A stretch of DNA of 64,000 nucleotides, from assembly GCA_002269645.1 (NCBI GenBank), contig NIVC01003196.1:1-64000 (forward strand), written 5' to 3'. The notes beneath the pieces were generated by a model. That model saw only the letters and a program-made list of their open reading frames with translations, made no database searches and was not told where the DNA came from. Within the stretch, counting starts at the first letter, position 1; each line of letters opens with the position of its first letter. Shown one piece after another: positions 34,856 through 52,879 of the stretch. Source of the DNA: Macrostomum lignano. Lineage: Eukaryota. The translations under genes and the position numbers were made by a program.

Positions 34856-35389
34856 ACTGCGGAGTTGCAGTGACTCCGACAAACCTGCGCGCTTGTACAC
34901 TAAATTCTATTAATTAGATTTGAAAATATTAACAATTTTTAAAAACTGAAAGTCCGAAATTATTTTCTGTGTCGGTTACAAGTTGACCAATTTGATCTAA
35001 AAAATGACATCATTATTGAATTTTGAGACTAAAACGTTATATGCGCTTTCTAAGCTTGCGTAATATTGAAATGCGCGTTATTTTACGACCTAGTACTCTA
35101 TTGAGCTATCAAATTGTAACAACCACTTAGTAGCCCAAATGTTGCTATTCGCTAGAATTTAGCCATTTGCTTTTATAAAAAGACCAAGCCAGCCCATTTT
35201 CGTATTTTAGAAAACAAAATATACTTTTTATTTATCTACGCTTAAACGTCCAGATATATGCCTGCCCTACTACTTACAGGTCTCTACGATGCAAAATTCA
35301 ATATACGCTCGTAAACAACCGGCTCAGTTTAATGCAAAGAGGACTTCTCTTAATTTGAGATGAATTATAAATGTAAGTTCGGCAGGAAA

Positions 35390-35760
35390 AATGGAAGAAA
35401 CTTACATTTTAAATCCATTAGTTGACTTCCGTGAAGACTTTGCTGGAGACTATGATCCTAATCGACTTTCGAGAGAAGATGTGGAAGAATTTTTCGATAA
35501 GGACTGACTCAGTATGACTCGAATGACCCGAACTTCGAGAAATCTGCGGCAACTTGGACGACATTGGGGATCTGAACAAGAGCACATAGTCGCCGAATAC
35601 TCTCAAGAGAAACAAGTGGGCCGTTGGAGTGTTCAACCGTTGGCTTCAGGAGTCGAAAATCGAGTGCAATGTGCCGATCGAAGACATGAACGACTCTGAT
35701 TTGAATTCCCTGCTGCCAGTACTCGTATTTGTTCACGAAGTCACTAAGATTCTATTCTGC
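35390..35760 (+). mobile_element. Crypton/DUF3504 (ZMYM/KCTD1/QRICH1-like) tyrosine-recombinase N-terminal relic
   Basis: PNTLKRNKWAVGVFNRWLQES...PIEDMNDSDLNSLLPVLVFVHEVTK resembles the NTxxxTxWAxxxFxxW...LNxxLxxFxxEVRK core-binding domain. It is truncated and disrupted, with no catalytic domain visible. Confidence 0.65.
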
Positions 35761-36711
35761 TGCTCAATGTGCCCGATAACTCTTGCAAACTGTTTTCATA
35801 TATCCCTCGTTTGACTTTATATCTTCATAACCTCCCGGAAAATGGACTTTAAAGTTTAAATTAAGTTTAGTGCCACAAGTTACACAGTGCCAGAAGTTCA
35901 TAGTTCCTATTTAGTACTATTGACTGACCAGCCCCTGGGCTTCGTTGGTCACAGTAAGTTCCTATTGGCAGCAGCTATTGAAGTATCATATCTGGTTTCC
36001 AACCAAAGCAAACAAACTGCCTCGCAGGATTCGGCTTTGGCATGCAATCAGCCAGTCAGCCAGACCGTTAATCGCAGTTGATAAGTCGGATAGTTGGGAC
36101 TTGTGGACGATATGCTAAGATTGGGGATTTGCGGCTGTCATTTATTGATTATCAGCTGCTGGCACTGCGGCCGATACGAGCGTCGAGAGAATGCAAAGAG
36201 CGCGTGCTCTCCACTGACTCGAGCGGCTTTCAAACCCCGTCTGGATATCGGATTTTAAATGCTTCCGACAGGAATGTGTGCGCGTCTAGCGTATGTGAAT
36301 TTTTTAATGGAATGGCAATTGCAATCTTTTATTGCATTTATATGACATGGAGATGAAATGAGAAGTGCAGTGTTAATAAGACGTGCTTCAGTTCATTTTA
36401 TTTGAAGTACAGATATAAATATTGACCGAAATAGAATACAGTCTCAGTGCACGCGTCCGAATAGGAATACGGTTGCTAATCTGAACCATTTTACGCTTCC
36501 ACTTTCCACCTTGAGAACTGGAACCACCAGGCTGTGCCACAGACATGTAAAGTCCAAAAGAAAGTCAATTGGGCGTTTGTCAGCCATTCAATATTTTCCT
36601 TCATCCATGGTTAAAATTTGTTATTTGTTTTTACAAGTATACGAGTTAGACGAATGTGTTTTATAGGTCAAACGTTAATATCCGACGAAGTTGCATGCCA
36701 GAGAGCGCTGA

Positions 36712-39672
36712 TTATCGTCTTCTTAGACGATGATTCCGACCGAACAGGATCTTGCTGAACGCGTGACGGAAATCCGGCGAGAACACCGTGTAGATGATCG
36801 GGTTGAGTAGGCTGTTGGCGTACCCGAGCCACTGGATGACCGCGTGACCAGTTTCCGAGAGAAACGAATCGCAAACTGCGTGGTTGAAGGGACAAAACGA
36901 AGCGTGGACAAAGAATGGTAGCCAGCAGATCAGAAAGCAACCGGTCACCACCGCCAGAGTTCTGGCGGCTCTCCTCTCTCGAGCTTGAGCCACTCTCGAT
37001 CGGCGTCGATAATCTCGATTTTCATCCACAACTGGCCGATTTCCTGTCGTTGGGACCGGTTGAGCTGAACCGGTTGAGGCATCAGGTGAGTCTATAGAGG
37101 TCTCTGTCTGTCTTTTGAATAGTTTCAGTCGCTGTGCTGATTTAGGGAAGCTATTGAGTCGAGCATTTTCACCCGAGCGAAAAGACGACAATATCCCAAC
37201 GCTGCCGCCACTTCCAGCACTGACTCCGCTGCAGCTGGGCGTCGATAAGCCGATCGCGTTAATTGAAACTTGCTTAAAGCCTTTTTTACGAATTCGGCGC
37301 TTAACAGCTTTATAAATAGCTAAATAAATGGCTAGAATGAACAGCATTGGCAGGTAAAAAGCTCCGATAGTGGAGAACGCCGTGTAGCCCGGCTCCTCAT
37401 TTATCGAGCAATTGTCTACGCTAATAGACCGGCTGTCACGGGATGGATAAAACCTGGCCGGAACGCTGATGACGGCACTGATGAGCCAGGTAAGAGCGAT
37501 CACTAGGCAGATTCTGCTAGCCGATTGAGAGCGAACGTACTTCACGTTGGTGACAGCCCAGTACCGGTCGAGTGCGATGCCTACTAGATGTAAAATAGAA
37601 GCTGTGCAGCACAGGACATCCAGGCAAATCCATAAATCACACAGGTGAACACCTACAAGGAAAAGTGAGTTCGTGTGACAGAGTATCATGTGGCGTCTGC
37701 AATCAGAAAATAATGGCTTGCTCTTTTCTTTCCAAACGCGCTTATCATTCTGTAGTGACGATTATTCTGGATGGCGGACCGACCAGATAGCAGCTAGTGA
37801 GCTTTATTGCTCAAACGAGGGAAACTTCTGCACGGACCAATCTTTGCAAAAGCAAATTATATATGAAAAATACGCTCGTAATAATGCATTTTAGACCAGT
37901 TTTTTGGCAAGAGGATCTGAACTCAATGGCTTCTTCTACTTGACGGATGGCTCCTGGAATATTTTTCCTATCAGTCGGTCAATTTTGATGAACTTCCGCC
38001 AGCTGCTCACAAATTCTCTCTGTGTAGACTGCCGATAGGAATGCTGAGTCCTAAGTGCAATTAGCGTCTCGAATCTCCAGGTGCCAGAGAGCAGCTCTTT
38101 CCGGCTCGGATAATGACGAGTTCGAATAGCGCACCTGGCCCCACTATAAGAACCGGAAACTCTTTTTCCAGGCACCTGAAGTATTCGAACTCAGGTCGCA
38201 CTGTCTAGTGCAGAGAAACAATTTGCTAAGAAATAAATTGGAAATGCGTCATTCCATAATTTTTGTCTAATCAGCTTTGACTGATACGAGTATAGGTAGG
38301 TGACGGAGACAGGGATATGTATTGCAAAAAAGTATTTACCGAGCCACCAAGACTTCGACATTTGCTTGAGCGCGCAGACAGGCATCACCAGTATGGCCAC
38401 CATGAGATCGGCAATGGCGAGGCTGATCAGCAGGTAGTTCGACACGCTCTGAGAGGGTTTTTAGAACAAATCGTGAAAGTTTAAATAGAAAATTTATTGC
38501 CATATCAATTCATAAATTTACTAACAAAATTCAACAGTCTACTGTCGAAAAGCTGCCAACAAATTGATTAAAATTAGCCTTTGAGATTATGTTTTAATTC
38601 AAATCCAGCACTACTAATTGTAGCTTTTTTCGTAGAGACGTACAGGATGTTCCATCCTGCTTTCGAAGAGACGTACAGGATGTTCCATCCTGCTTTCGAA
38701 GGGACGTACAGGATGTTCCATCCTGCTCTCGAAGAGACGTACAGGATGTTCCATCCTGCTTTTGAAGGGACGTACAGGATGTTCCATCCTGCTTTCGAAG
38801 GGACGTACAGGATGTTCCATCCTGCTTTCGAAGAGACGTACAGGATGTTCCATCCTGCTTTCGAAGAGACGTACAGGATGTTCCATTCTGCTCTCGAAGA
38901 GACGTACAGGATGTTCCATTCTGCTCTCGAAGAGACGTACAGGATGTTTCATTCGGCTCTCGAAGAGACGTACAGGATGTTCCATTCTGCTCTCGAAGAG
39001 ACGTACAGGATGTTCCATTCTGCTTTCGAAGAGACGTACAGGATGTTTCATCCTGCTTTCGAAGAGACGTACAGGATGTTCCATCCTGCATTCGAAGAGA
39101 CATACAGGATGTTCCATTCTGCTCTCGAAGAGACTTACAGGATGTTCCATTCTGCTCTCGAAGAGACTTACAGGATGTTCCATCCTGTTTTCGAAGAGAC
39201 TTACAGGATGTTCCATCCTGTTTTCGAAGAGACGTAAAAGATATTCCATCCTGAATTCGAAGAGACATACAGGATGTTCTATCCTATACTCTTACAGACG
39301 TCAAGTTGTTTTGGTTGTACTTTTACAGAGGTAAGAGCGGTCTAGGGTGTACCAATTTTCAATAACCTACGCAGTAGTAGCCTTAAGCGTAAGTTCATAA
39401 GTACACTGAGTACCTGTTTGTTTAACATCCATAGATTTCCATGCTGCAAATTTTAGTGCCAATACATATGCGTAAGAAAAGTCGCACAAAGTCCATCAAC
39501 TCACCTGCAAGTTGCGTTCTAGAACAATAGCAGCAATAACAAACACATTTCCCACAATGGTGGCTAGAATTATGATTCCAAGCGCCAAAGCGATTGCGGT
39601 AGCCTCTGGCGGTTCGTAGCGCCATTGGAACTGGGCGATACTCGGTGCAGAACTGAGATTGGCGGCTTCCAT
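36712..39672 (-). CDS. serotonin 5-HT1-like class A GPCR; exons 39672-39505, 38448-38340, 37652-36712 (~405 aa)
   Basis: TM1 IILATIVGNVFVIAAIVLERNLQ/SVSNYLLISLAIADLMVAILVMP, TM3 CDLWICLDVLCCTASILHLVGIALDRYWAV, TM5 FSTIGAFYLP, RERRAARTL, CWLPFF, WLGYANSLLNPIIY. Intron phases (0 and 1) are consistent. Confidence 0.92.
38630..39290. repeat. 33-bp minisatellite (ttcgaagagacgtacaggatgttccatcctgct) in 5-HT receptor intron 1
   Basis: About 20 copies. Confidence 0.94.
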
Positions 39673-40409
39673 TGCTCAGTTATCTAAGACTCACTTTTTG
39701 CTCTCCCTCGACAAGATGAAATTGGGACTCATTTCTACATGAGCCTATTTATCTACATCGCAAGTCTCTGATGGAATGCGAGAGTCTTCAATGACTCTCA
39801 TTGGACGCTAAAATCGCAGTTACATGTAATCCCTGCTCAGCAGTAGTAGTACTACGCAGTAGTACTTTAAGCAATAATTGATCCATTTGAATGGGAAACG
39901 TGTGTCCATCAGTTCATGCATATTCACGATCATGGTTGCTCTGTAGGTTCATTATTCGGTTCATCAAATATGCAAAATGCGCTTAAAAGAGAATACATTA
40001 TTTCGAACTCGTGGATCCGTGTTTGATGGTTCGAATTTCGCTTCAAAATGCATCAGCGAGATAAAAAATACCGTCTATTAATTTTCTATTTTTTAAATTC
40101 ATTTAAACTTGATTCTCGCTTGACTGGAAGCAGATTAAAATTTGCTAACTCAATTTTTCAGCATGAACAGCAGATTTACAATCAGATTACAATATGCATT
40201 CGCGGGATAAATGTAGGAAGCTTCCAGTTTTTGAGAAGTAATTTTCATAATGTCTGCCACGAATGGACTTCCCAATTCCAAATGAAGCAAGACTGTGTTT
40301 ATCAAGCCATTTTTATGAAATGCTATTGAGACCGTAAAACAAGCAAAGTTCTCACCTGTTTCACCTGTTCTTGTCTCTTCAGTGCAGGGGTCGACAAATG
40401 TTTTTTTTA

Positions 40410-40985
40410 CCTTAGAGGCCAGATAGAGACCCTAGAGCACGGCTGCCAGAGGGGAGGAGTAGGGGAGAGGAAAGGAGAGGAGAGGAGAGGAGAGGAGAGG
40501 AGAGGAGAGGAGAGGAGAGGAGAGGAGAGGAGAGGAGAGGAGAGGAGAGGAGAGGAGAGGAAAGGAGAGGAGAGGAGAGGAGAGGCGAGGAGAGGAGAGG
40601 AGAGGAAAGGAGAGGAGAGGAAAGGAGAGGAGAGGAGAGGAGAGGAGAGGAGAGGAGAGGAGAGGAAAGGAGAGGAGAGGAGAGGAGAGGCGAGGAGAGG
40701 AGAGGAGAGGAAAGGAGAGGAGAGGAAAGGAGAGGAGAGGAGAGGAGAGGCGAGGAGAGGAGAGGAGAGGAAAGGAGAGGAGAGGAGAGGAGAGGAGAGG
40801 AGAGGAAAGGAGAGGAGAGGAGAGGCGAGGAGAGGAGAGGAAAGGAGAGGAGAGTAGAGGAGAGAGAAGAGTGCTGAGAAGAGACACAAATCTTGAGCGG
40901 GACCGGAGTTTGCCATTGTGAACTTGTAAAGTTTCAGAGGATCTGATGGCCGGTTACAGAGGCTTATCAGGCTGCATGTAGCCCG
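40410..40985 (-). mobile_element. retroposon-like 3' end family copy with an expanded (GAGAG/GAGGA)n tract at ~40460-40870
   Basis: Flanks are homologous to 19542-19760 and 51470-51545. Confidence 0.6.
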
Positions 40986-41174
40986 CAAATTAGTCAATTG
41001 TCAATATTAGTCAATTGAAAAATAAATTGTAATTACGATCAATAATTTTAAGCTGTATGTCTAAAATTTAAAACAGTTTCATGAAGTAAAATTTAGTGCA
41101 TAAACCTAAATGTGAAAATATTTTCAATTGAGAATCGAATCAAATAAAGGCGTACATTGCCCCAGCAGACAGTT

Positions 41175-41342
41175 CATGGGTAGAACCATGGGTAGAACCA
41201 TGGGTAGAACCATGGGTAGAACCATGGGTAGAACCATGGGTAGAACCATGGGTAGAACCATGGGTAGAACCACGGGTAGAACCATGGGTAGAACCATGGG
41301 TAGAACCATGGGTAGAACCATGGGTAGAACCATGGGTAGAAC
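41175..41342. repeat. 12-bp minisatellite (atgggtagaacc)
   Basis: About 14 near-perfect copies. Confidence 0.95.
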
Positions 41343-41726
41343 AAAACAGCCGATAATAGAAGGCGAAAATGAGAGGCTGCTTGGAAAATATGGCTGCCTA
41401 TTATTGTAGGTGGACGGTCGTATGAGCTGAAAAAAGGGACGAGAATATTCTACTGTTGTCAAGCCTGTGAGTCTGTTTCTCATTCTTCAATTGAGTACAC
41501 CCCCGAGGTATCCAGCCATTGTCTTTAGTCTGGTACACCCATTCCTATGCTAGCATCCACATTCTACACTGGATATAAGAATGAGACGGCTCGCCTTCAC
41601 ATCCATGTTTTGCTTTTTCCGTTTTGCTGTGTTTAGAAAACGGCATAATTTGTACTCCACTCTGTATCTAAACTCAAATAGGTTTTGCTCTGTCTAAGAT
41701 ATTACTGGAGTAGAGACAGCCTGATC

Positions 41727-46037
<4,311 letters not shown>

Positions 46038-47469
46038 ATAAAGCCTTAAGACAAGGGAACACTATAGGGCATGGAAAATTCTTTTAACTTGTACGTAGTT
46101 ATTCAAATCCGGTTAGTCAGATGCACGTCAAGACCCCTGGTCCGATTCCGTGCGCGGGCTGCATTCATTTGGGGCTTGTGCAGGAAAAAATTAGCATTGG
46201 AGCGCTTGTGCTCAGGAGTCAGCGGAATGGGCAGAATTGCCTTTCAGTGCTGGTTGTTGGACGCGATGTCGTCGAAGGCGTTGCGTCAGGTTGCGTCACT
46301 GCCCTCCTGCACCAATAAATATTTTTGCTTTTGCTTTTGTTATTTAAGGTCAGATGCACAACGGTGTTTCAGGGCGTCTATGACGTATTACAATACATGT
46401 ATATCGAAAATTGCCTTTTAATTGGTATAGAAATTGAAGGGTACATCATGTCAATCAGAAGTCAACAGTTTCAAGCTCAAATTTAATGCATGAACTGCCA
46501 GTTTATCTAACTGGCTTTAGTAAATCGTTGTCCGTGATTATGTAACATAAGTAACGTAGTAAAGCAGCCATACTTATTGTATTAATAATCTTATATATTT
46601 ACAACTTCGAATTTCAGCGACGAAGCGGTATCCGAAGAGAGCAACAAGTCGTCAAAGCAAGCGAAGTAAAGTTCAGACGACCGAGCGTTTGATAACTATT
46701 CATTGCTTTCCGAAAATATTTCATGTACATGCACGTGTGAACCTATAAAGCTACGAGCTATAGTACACATGTGAATAGCATGCAATTTAATCTACTTTTC
46801 GTCATACATTTGTTTATTCGTTGTAACTAATCGTAAATTTCTGTAGTACGAGTACATCATGTAATTTTACCTATGTAAAAAGGTTCAATTAAAACAAATT
46901 TTAGCTGTGTAAGTTCTTTTAAAGCCGATCACTTGTTGTCTGAGTAGAGATTCCTGTTTTGAGCGCCGAAAAAAATTCCTAACTTCTCAAATTCATTATT
47001 GTAAAATGGGTGCATGACCCTGAATAAATCTGCATTGATCCGATTCTTAGACTAGAATTCCTCTTCCAATCCATCACAAATATTATCTGTGGTTTAAGAT
47101 AGCTAGAAGAGTGGAAGATGAAAGATTGGTTTTTTATTTCTTTAGATAACGATTTTAGCGTAGCACTACCGTCGACTCTCGTCATGCATCCGAGCCAGAG
47201 CATGCAGTCCGTTTACCTAATTTTGTCATTTATTTTAATGGAAGCTGGACCCTACGCAAAAAACGACTTCATTTAAAGGGTTGCAGAGAGCTCCAAACGA
47301 GCGTATTTGGCAATTAAACCAATGGTAATGAATGCACAAATCCTTTCTCTAATGACCAGCCATGCAGTAGGATAAAAAATTCGCGGGTCAGCTCGCTCCC
47401 TCCAAGCCGTTTCTCTAGGGCGCTCTGTTTTCCTCAGCCTCAGCGACTTACCTACAGTAGTCTGCATTG

Positions 47470-47703
47470 TGTTGTACTTTGAGGCAGCGTGGACAAATGA
47501 ATAAGATGCGAGAAGCGATTGCAGGGTAGAAAAGGTTACAAAGGCTTGAAAGGCCGGTGCGCACTTATATTATAATTTACCTACTAACCAGCATGATTCA
47601 GCAAACCCCCCACCCGGCCTAGGCCGGTCTGGGCAGACAGACAAACCCCCCAGCCAATCAGAACGCAAGAACCCTAACCGGCGTACAAGCCGCATACACA
47701 ACA
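47470..47703 (-). mobile_element. 3' LTR of the Gypsy element
   Basis: On the minus strand a purine-rich PPT-like agggggtga precedes TGTTGT...; the unit ends in ACAACA (6-bp terminal inverted repeat) and contains CCAAT-box-like and TATA-like sequences. Confidence 0.7.
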
Positions 47704-50190
47704 TCACCCCCCTGGAAAAAGCAAACAGAAGCAAGGCATGGGGAACACAACGGTCCATAGAGTGCGCACAGTCAAAAGTTATTCAGTTCGCGAATCAACT
47801 CGGGCTGAACCGGACCGGAGCTCTTCTGGTTCGGCCGCTTCGTCTCGGCGGAGTCGGCGGCGTCTCGTTGGTCGGCGCCCTTGCCGGCGGCGCTAGCGCT
47901 GGCGCTGGTGTTGGCGCCATCAGAGCACCGAGTCCAGCATCAGTCGTGTCGCTATCCGCTGACGGTGTACTTGGAACGCGAACTAGGTTGTCAGAGTGCC
48001 ATCGCGTGCCGTCGTCTAGCAGCCAGGACTCCGGGCCCAGACGCCGGGTGATCCTTCGAGTCTCGCCAAGCCTTGTCGCCAGCTTGTGGGCCGTCTGTGG
48101 CCTGCGGACGCGCACGGAGTCGCCAGCCTGCAGTCGCGAGGGTCGGGCTCCTCGGCGCCGGTCGGTGGCCAGCCTGGCCTTCTCCTTGTTGGCCTGGACT
48201 CGACGCTCGGTCTCCGATGGCACCGTTGGAATCAGGGGGCGGATGCCTCGGCTCCACTGGCTCAGAGGTCCTCGAAATGGCCGACCGACCATCAGCTCAG
48301 CCGGCGTCAGGCCCGTGGTTGCATTCGCTGTCGACCGGTAGCATTGCAGAAACTCGCGGATTGCCTCCTTGAAGCTGATGCCGTCCTTGAGGTGCGCCTT
48401 CAGCGACTCCTTCAGGGTGCGGTTGAGGCGCTCGACGTTCGAGTTTGACTGCGGATGGTACAGCGAGGTCCTCGCGTGCTGCACACCGTAGCTGACTAGA
48501 AACTCCTCGAAGGCGTAGCTGGTGAACTGCGGCCCGTTGTCGGTCACGATCTTGCCTGGCAGTCCCCATCGAGCGAACAGGTCCTTGAGGAAGTCGGCGA
48601 TGACCTCGGTCGTCACCGAAGCCGTAGTCCGAATCTCTGGCCACTTGGAGTGCAGGTCGATGGCAATGATTGCAAATCGGCTGCTGGCCGGCGCTTCGTG
48701 GATCTCGCCGAAGATGTCCAGCTGAATCGTGTGCCACGGCTCTTTGGGCCACTCGCTCGTCTGCGATGGAGCAGCGGGTCGCTTCCACTTCTCCGCCAGG
48801 CAGCAGCTGACGCAGGACTTGGCCAGATCCTCCAGTTGGGCGTCGATTCCCGGCCACCAGACCGTATCGCGAGCTCGGTGCTTCATCTTGACGATGCCGC
48901 AATGTCCCTGGTGGATCAGCGCTAGTGCAGTGGTGCGCAGACTCTCGGGCACGACCGCGCGGTTGCCGCGAACCAGGAAGTTGCCGACCGTTGACATCTC
49001 GTCTCGGAGCTTAAAGAAGATTTTCTCCTCATCTGTTGGCGGCTCCTTCCAGTTGGCTTGAAGCTTTGGGAGACACTGCGAATGAGCGGATCGAACTGCC
49101 GGGGTGCAGTGGGATCTGCAAGTAGCTTTGCTTCAGGTCCAGCTTGCTGAAAATCTGCGCGCCTGCAAACTCTGCGGCCAGCTCCTCCTGGGTCGGCACG
49201 GGAAACTTATCCGGGTTGATCGCTTGGTTGCAGTTGCGCAGATCAACGCACAGTCGCAGGTCGCCATTCAGGGAGAGGCATCCATCTTCTCGATGACACC
49301 TGCGGCCTCCATCTTGCTTAGCTCGTCCTTCACACGGTCCTGAAGTGCCAGCGGCACCCGGCGCAGCGGCTGAACTGTCGGTGTCGCATCCTGGCGCAGC
49401 TGTGGTCGATGGCGAAACTTCTTGGCCATACCGATGCCGTCGAAGATTCCCGGGAACTCTCCAGCGATATCATCGATGTTGTTGATTGCGTTGACTCGAA
49501 TTGAGAATCCCAGCTTGTCCATGCCGTCCAGACCGAGGATGTTGGCACCTCGTCGAGCGATGAAGAAGCAGCAGATGGCGGACTTGCCGCGGTGCACAAC
49601 GCACAGCTCTGCGGTCCCGAGCACGTCAATTGCAGAGCCTGTGTACGAGAACAGCTGCTTCGGAGTCGGCGTGATGACGGGTTGCTTCGGCAGGCGTTTC
49701 ACGGTCTTCTCGTTGATGATGTTGACTCTTGAGCCCGTGTCCAATAGGAGCCTGACGTCGATGTCAGCAATGCTGCACGTCGCGAAGTTAAGGAGCGAGG
49801 CTTCATATTCTACTGCAGACACTTCGAATGGCTCGTCGTCTTCGTCCTTTACGGCGCGAACCTGGCGTCGCTGTCGGCAGCAAGCTTTGAAATGTCCGAC
49901 CTTGTGGCAGTGCAAGCAGGTCTTGTCCTTCGCTGGACACTCTAAGGCGCGGGCGGCGTGCCCGGCCCTCCCGCAGTTGCCGCACCGTGTCTCTGCGCCG
50001 GATTTCTGAGGTGCCGCATGCTTGGGTCCCTTGCGTGATGACATACGCTGGCTGACCTTCTGGATGCGGGACTCGTCCTTGTCGCCCTTGCCGTCGCGCA
50101 GCTTCTTGGCGTCGTTGATTGCAGATTCGACCTGAACCGCTAATGTCATCGCCCTATCCAGCTCGAGCTCCTTCGAGAGGCAAATGAGTT
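47704..50190 (-). mobile_element. Ty3/Gypsy LTR retrotransposon internal region: 5'-truncated gag, protease, partial RT, intact integrase ORF (47795-48997)
   Basis: Gag knuckles CGNCGRAGH..C and CLHCHKVGHFKACC; protease LLDTGS; RT start LRLCVDLRNCNQAI..DKFPVP..FSKLDL. Integrase H-x-GH/C-x2-C, QLD..TDNGPQF..NSNVERLNRTLK. The RT YxDD region and RNase H are absent, and no 5' LTR is seen. Confidence 0.93.
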
Positions 50191-52879
50191 CGTTGCAACT
50201 CGCAAGTTACTATGTGTGCTTTCTGGGTAGCTATAGGCCGCGAACAAAGTGTGGGCCTATTAGGGGTGGTGGGATGACATTGAATTTGAGAGTTGTAGCT
50301 AATTTAAACCCTTAACTTGTCTTTTTTAGTGGTGTGGCTTACCTGCTCAACATTTTTAAAATTTTAGTTCTCGTAAGGATGGGGGGCTACTTCTTGAACT
50401 TCTTGTAACTTTTAAATATCTAATGTTAAATTATAATTCATTGTACAAGGGGGTGCTTCCCTGCTTGTAATTTTTTTAAACTTATTTTATGCTAATTCTT
50501 GTTTTTTTGTTATCCATGTTCTGCAAATGAATTTTTAGATGTTTTTTGTGAGGCCCAGTTGCAGGTTATTTAGTATTCCAAAAAAAACCATTTTAATAGT
50601 TGAATACTCCTGCTAGAACTGAGGTTGATGAACTTTTTTCTTAACCTACATACCAGATCAAAGAATCTAGCTCATAGCTATAAGCCAGATGAAAGAGAAA
50701 AGGAAAGAAAATTGAAGATAAGAAAAAAAAGAGGATAGACAAGAGTCAAGACAAAAGCCAGGTTGCAGATGGTATGCATGTACACCGGAACTTTTCCGGC
50801 ATACAAAACGGCCACCCTAAGTCCTTGGTGTACACAATCAGCATATATAACCCCTGGAGCACTTTGTTGGCGTACACTATTGGCGTACACAAGTAACACA
50901 GCCACGCATACTTTTTTGGCATACAAATTTTGGTGAATAAATTCATGCCATGCATGAAAATTGTTAAGTAAATTAACCTTTTTATATAAAATAAAGGAAA
51001 ATTTATCATCAGTGATAAACTTTTTGCTTCTTTTAAATAATAATAAAAAAAATTAGTGTAAATTTTTGCTAAGAGTATTAATTTTGCATTATATTTTTTG
51101 TAGGTACAACTTAAGTTTGTTTAAATTGAAAATATTTGTAATATTTTAAAAACTGTTTTCATACAAAAGCTTTTCTTAGAAAACTCTACTTGTGAAAAGA
51201 AAACGGAATGACTTTTTAGGAATTTTTGGTATACATTTTAGTGCAACTTTTTGTTTATGGTGTACACTAGCGTACAAAGTCCTTGATGCCCAATTTTTTT
51301 CCGGCATACACGGGTACATGATTCGCACACTGAGACAAAAGATGGTGTGAGAGGAGATATAAGAGATAAAATAAGAAAAAAGATTAAAAAAGATAGAGAA
51401 TCAAAGAAATAAGAGAGAAAAGGGAGAAAAAAGAAGAAAAAAGAGTTAAAAAGAAACATGAGCTTTGAGCAAGCCAGATTGCTGTTGTGAAGTTTCAAAG
51501 AACCCAAAGGTCAGATAGAGGGTCTATAGGCTGCATATAGCTTGCTAGCCATAGTTTGCTAATACCTAGGCTATACTAGAAAGTTGGCAAAAATCTTGTA
51601 TATTATTAATTGTATAAATAAGACCTATTTATAATTTAAGTATACATATAGTACTAATTTATTTTAATTTTATTCATTGTCTACTTTTCAATGGCTGTTA
51701 CTTTAAAAAAATAGAGTCAAATCAAACCAATAAGTAAAATAAAAAATGGACATATGCTAGCTGTTTTCGTTTTTTATAACTTTGTATAACTGTTAAGCCA
51801 ATGCATGATTTTCATATTGAGATATTTTATTGATACATATTAACTCTCTTAACAACACTTTTCTGGTATCTTTTTGCCAGAACTAATCAAGGAATATCTT
51901 GAAAAAATGTCTTCTGCACTAAACTCAAACTTTGGCTTGGATAGAAAAACATGCAGCACATCTCCATATCAGTTTTCTGACTTGGCCTCCCTGAATTCTG
52001 TGCATAGCAATGCTGCAATTCGCTGGGAAGATTATTTTGATGAGCCAACTGGAACAGCCATTGCACCACCCACATCACTAAGCTGCAGATTGTTATCTGA
52101 TCTTGGCATCAGCCCTGCTATTATTCAACCAATGAAAGTGGAGATGTTCTACTGCTGTAGCAGTTGTGATTTTGGCTGTCAGCTATGCTTGAACACTACT
52201 AAAAGTAGTGCCAGTCTAGAGCTAACTTCAACAAGAACTGTGACACAAACCTGCTCAGAACGTTTAAAGAGACCAGCTGTGATCATTCAACATGGACAGC
52301 CCAGGCGGAGCCAACTTGGATAAACTACCAAGGATATTATTTTACTAGATGTTTAACTTGCATATTTTACATAGAATTGCCTCAATACTAAATTTGTTAT
52401 CAGAGAATCAGTTTTTCAAATGATGATTTTTATCAAGCATATAAGCTGCTGTATTACGGACTGTTGTGTTAACAAAACTCTGTGATAAAAAGATTTTTAA
52501 AATTGGGTTAATATTAATACTCACTATATGCCTCTTCCAATCTGATCATTGTAAAGCAAACACTTTTTAAACTGTGAATTTATAAATAAGACAAACAATA
52601 TATGCATAAATTAATCTGAAATGCCTTTTCTATCCATTACTACTGGGCAGTTGTAACATTGTCAGCTAATTTGTACACAACAAAAATTTCTATTTACATT
52701 TATTGCTGTTCATAAAGCTTCAAAATAAATACCCTCTCTAAACAATTTTGGCTACTTTTATTGTTAGAATTGTGAAATTGTTTTTTAAAATCAAGCTTAA
52801 AACCTTTATATCTTCTTTTAAAAGTAGTAGCTAGGATTATAAATTATTGTATGGACTGAGGAGATGAATATTGTATTCA

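Noticed and set aside
51874-52323. 149-aa Cys-containing ORF (possible KDZ/CxC transposase fragment)
   Set aside because: I could not match a convincing motif, and the AT-rich context has no supporting termini. An HMM search is needed.
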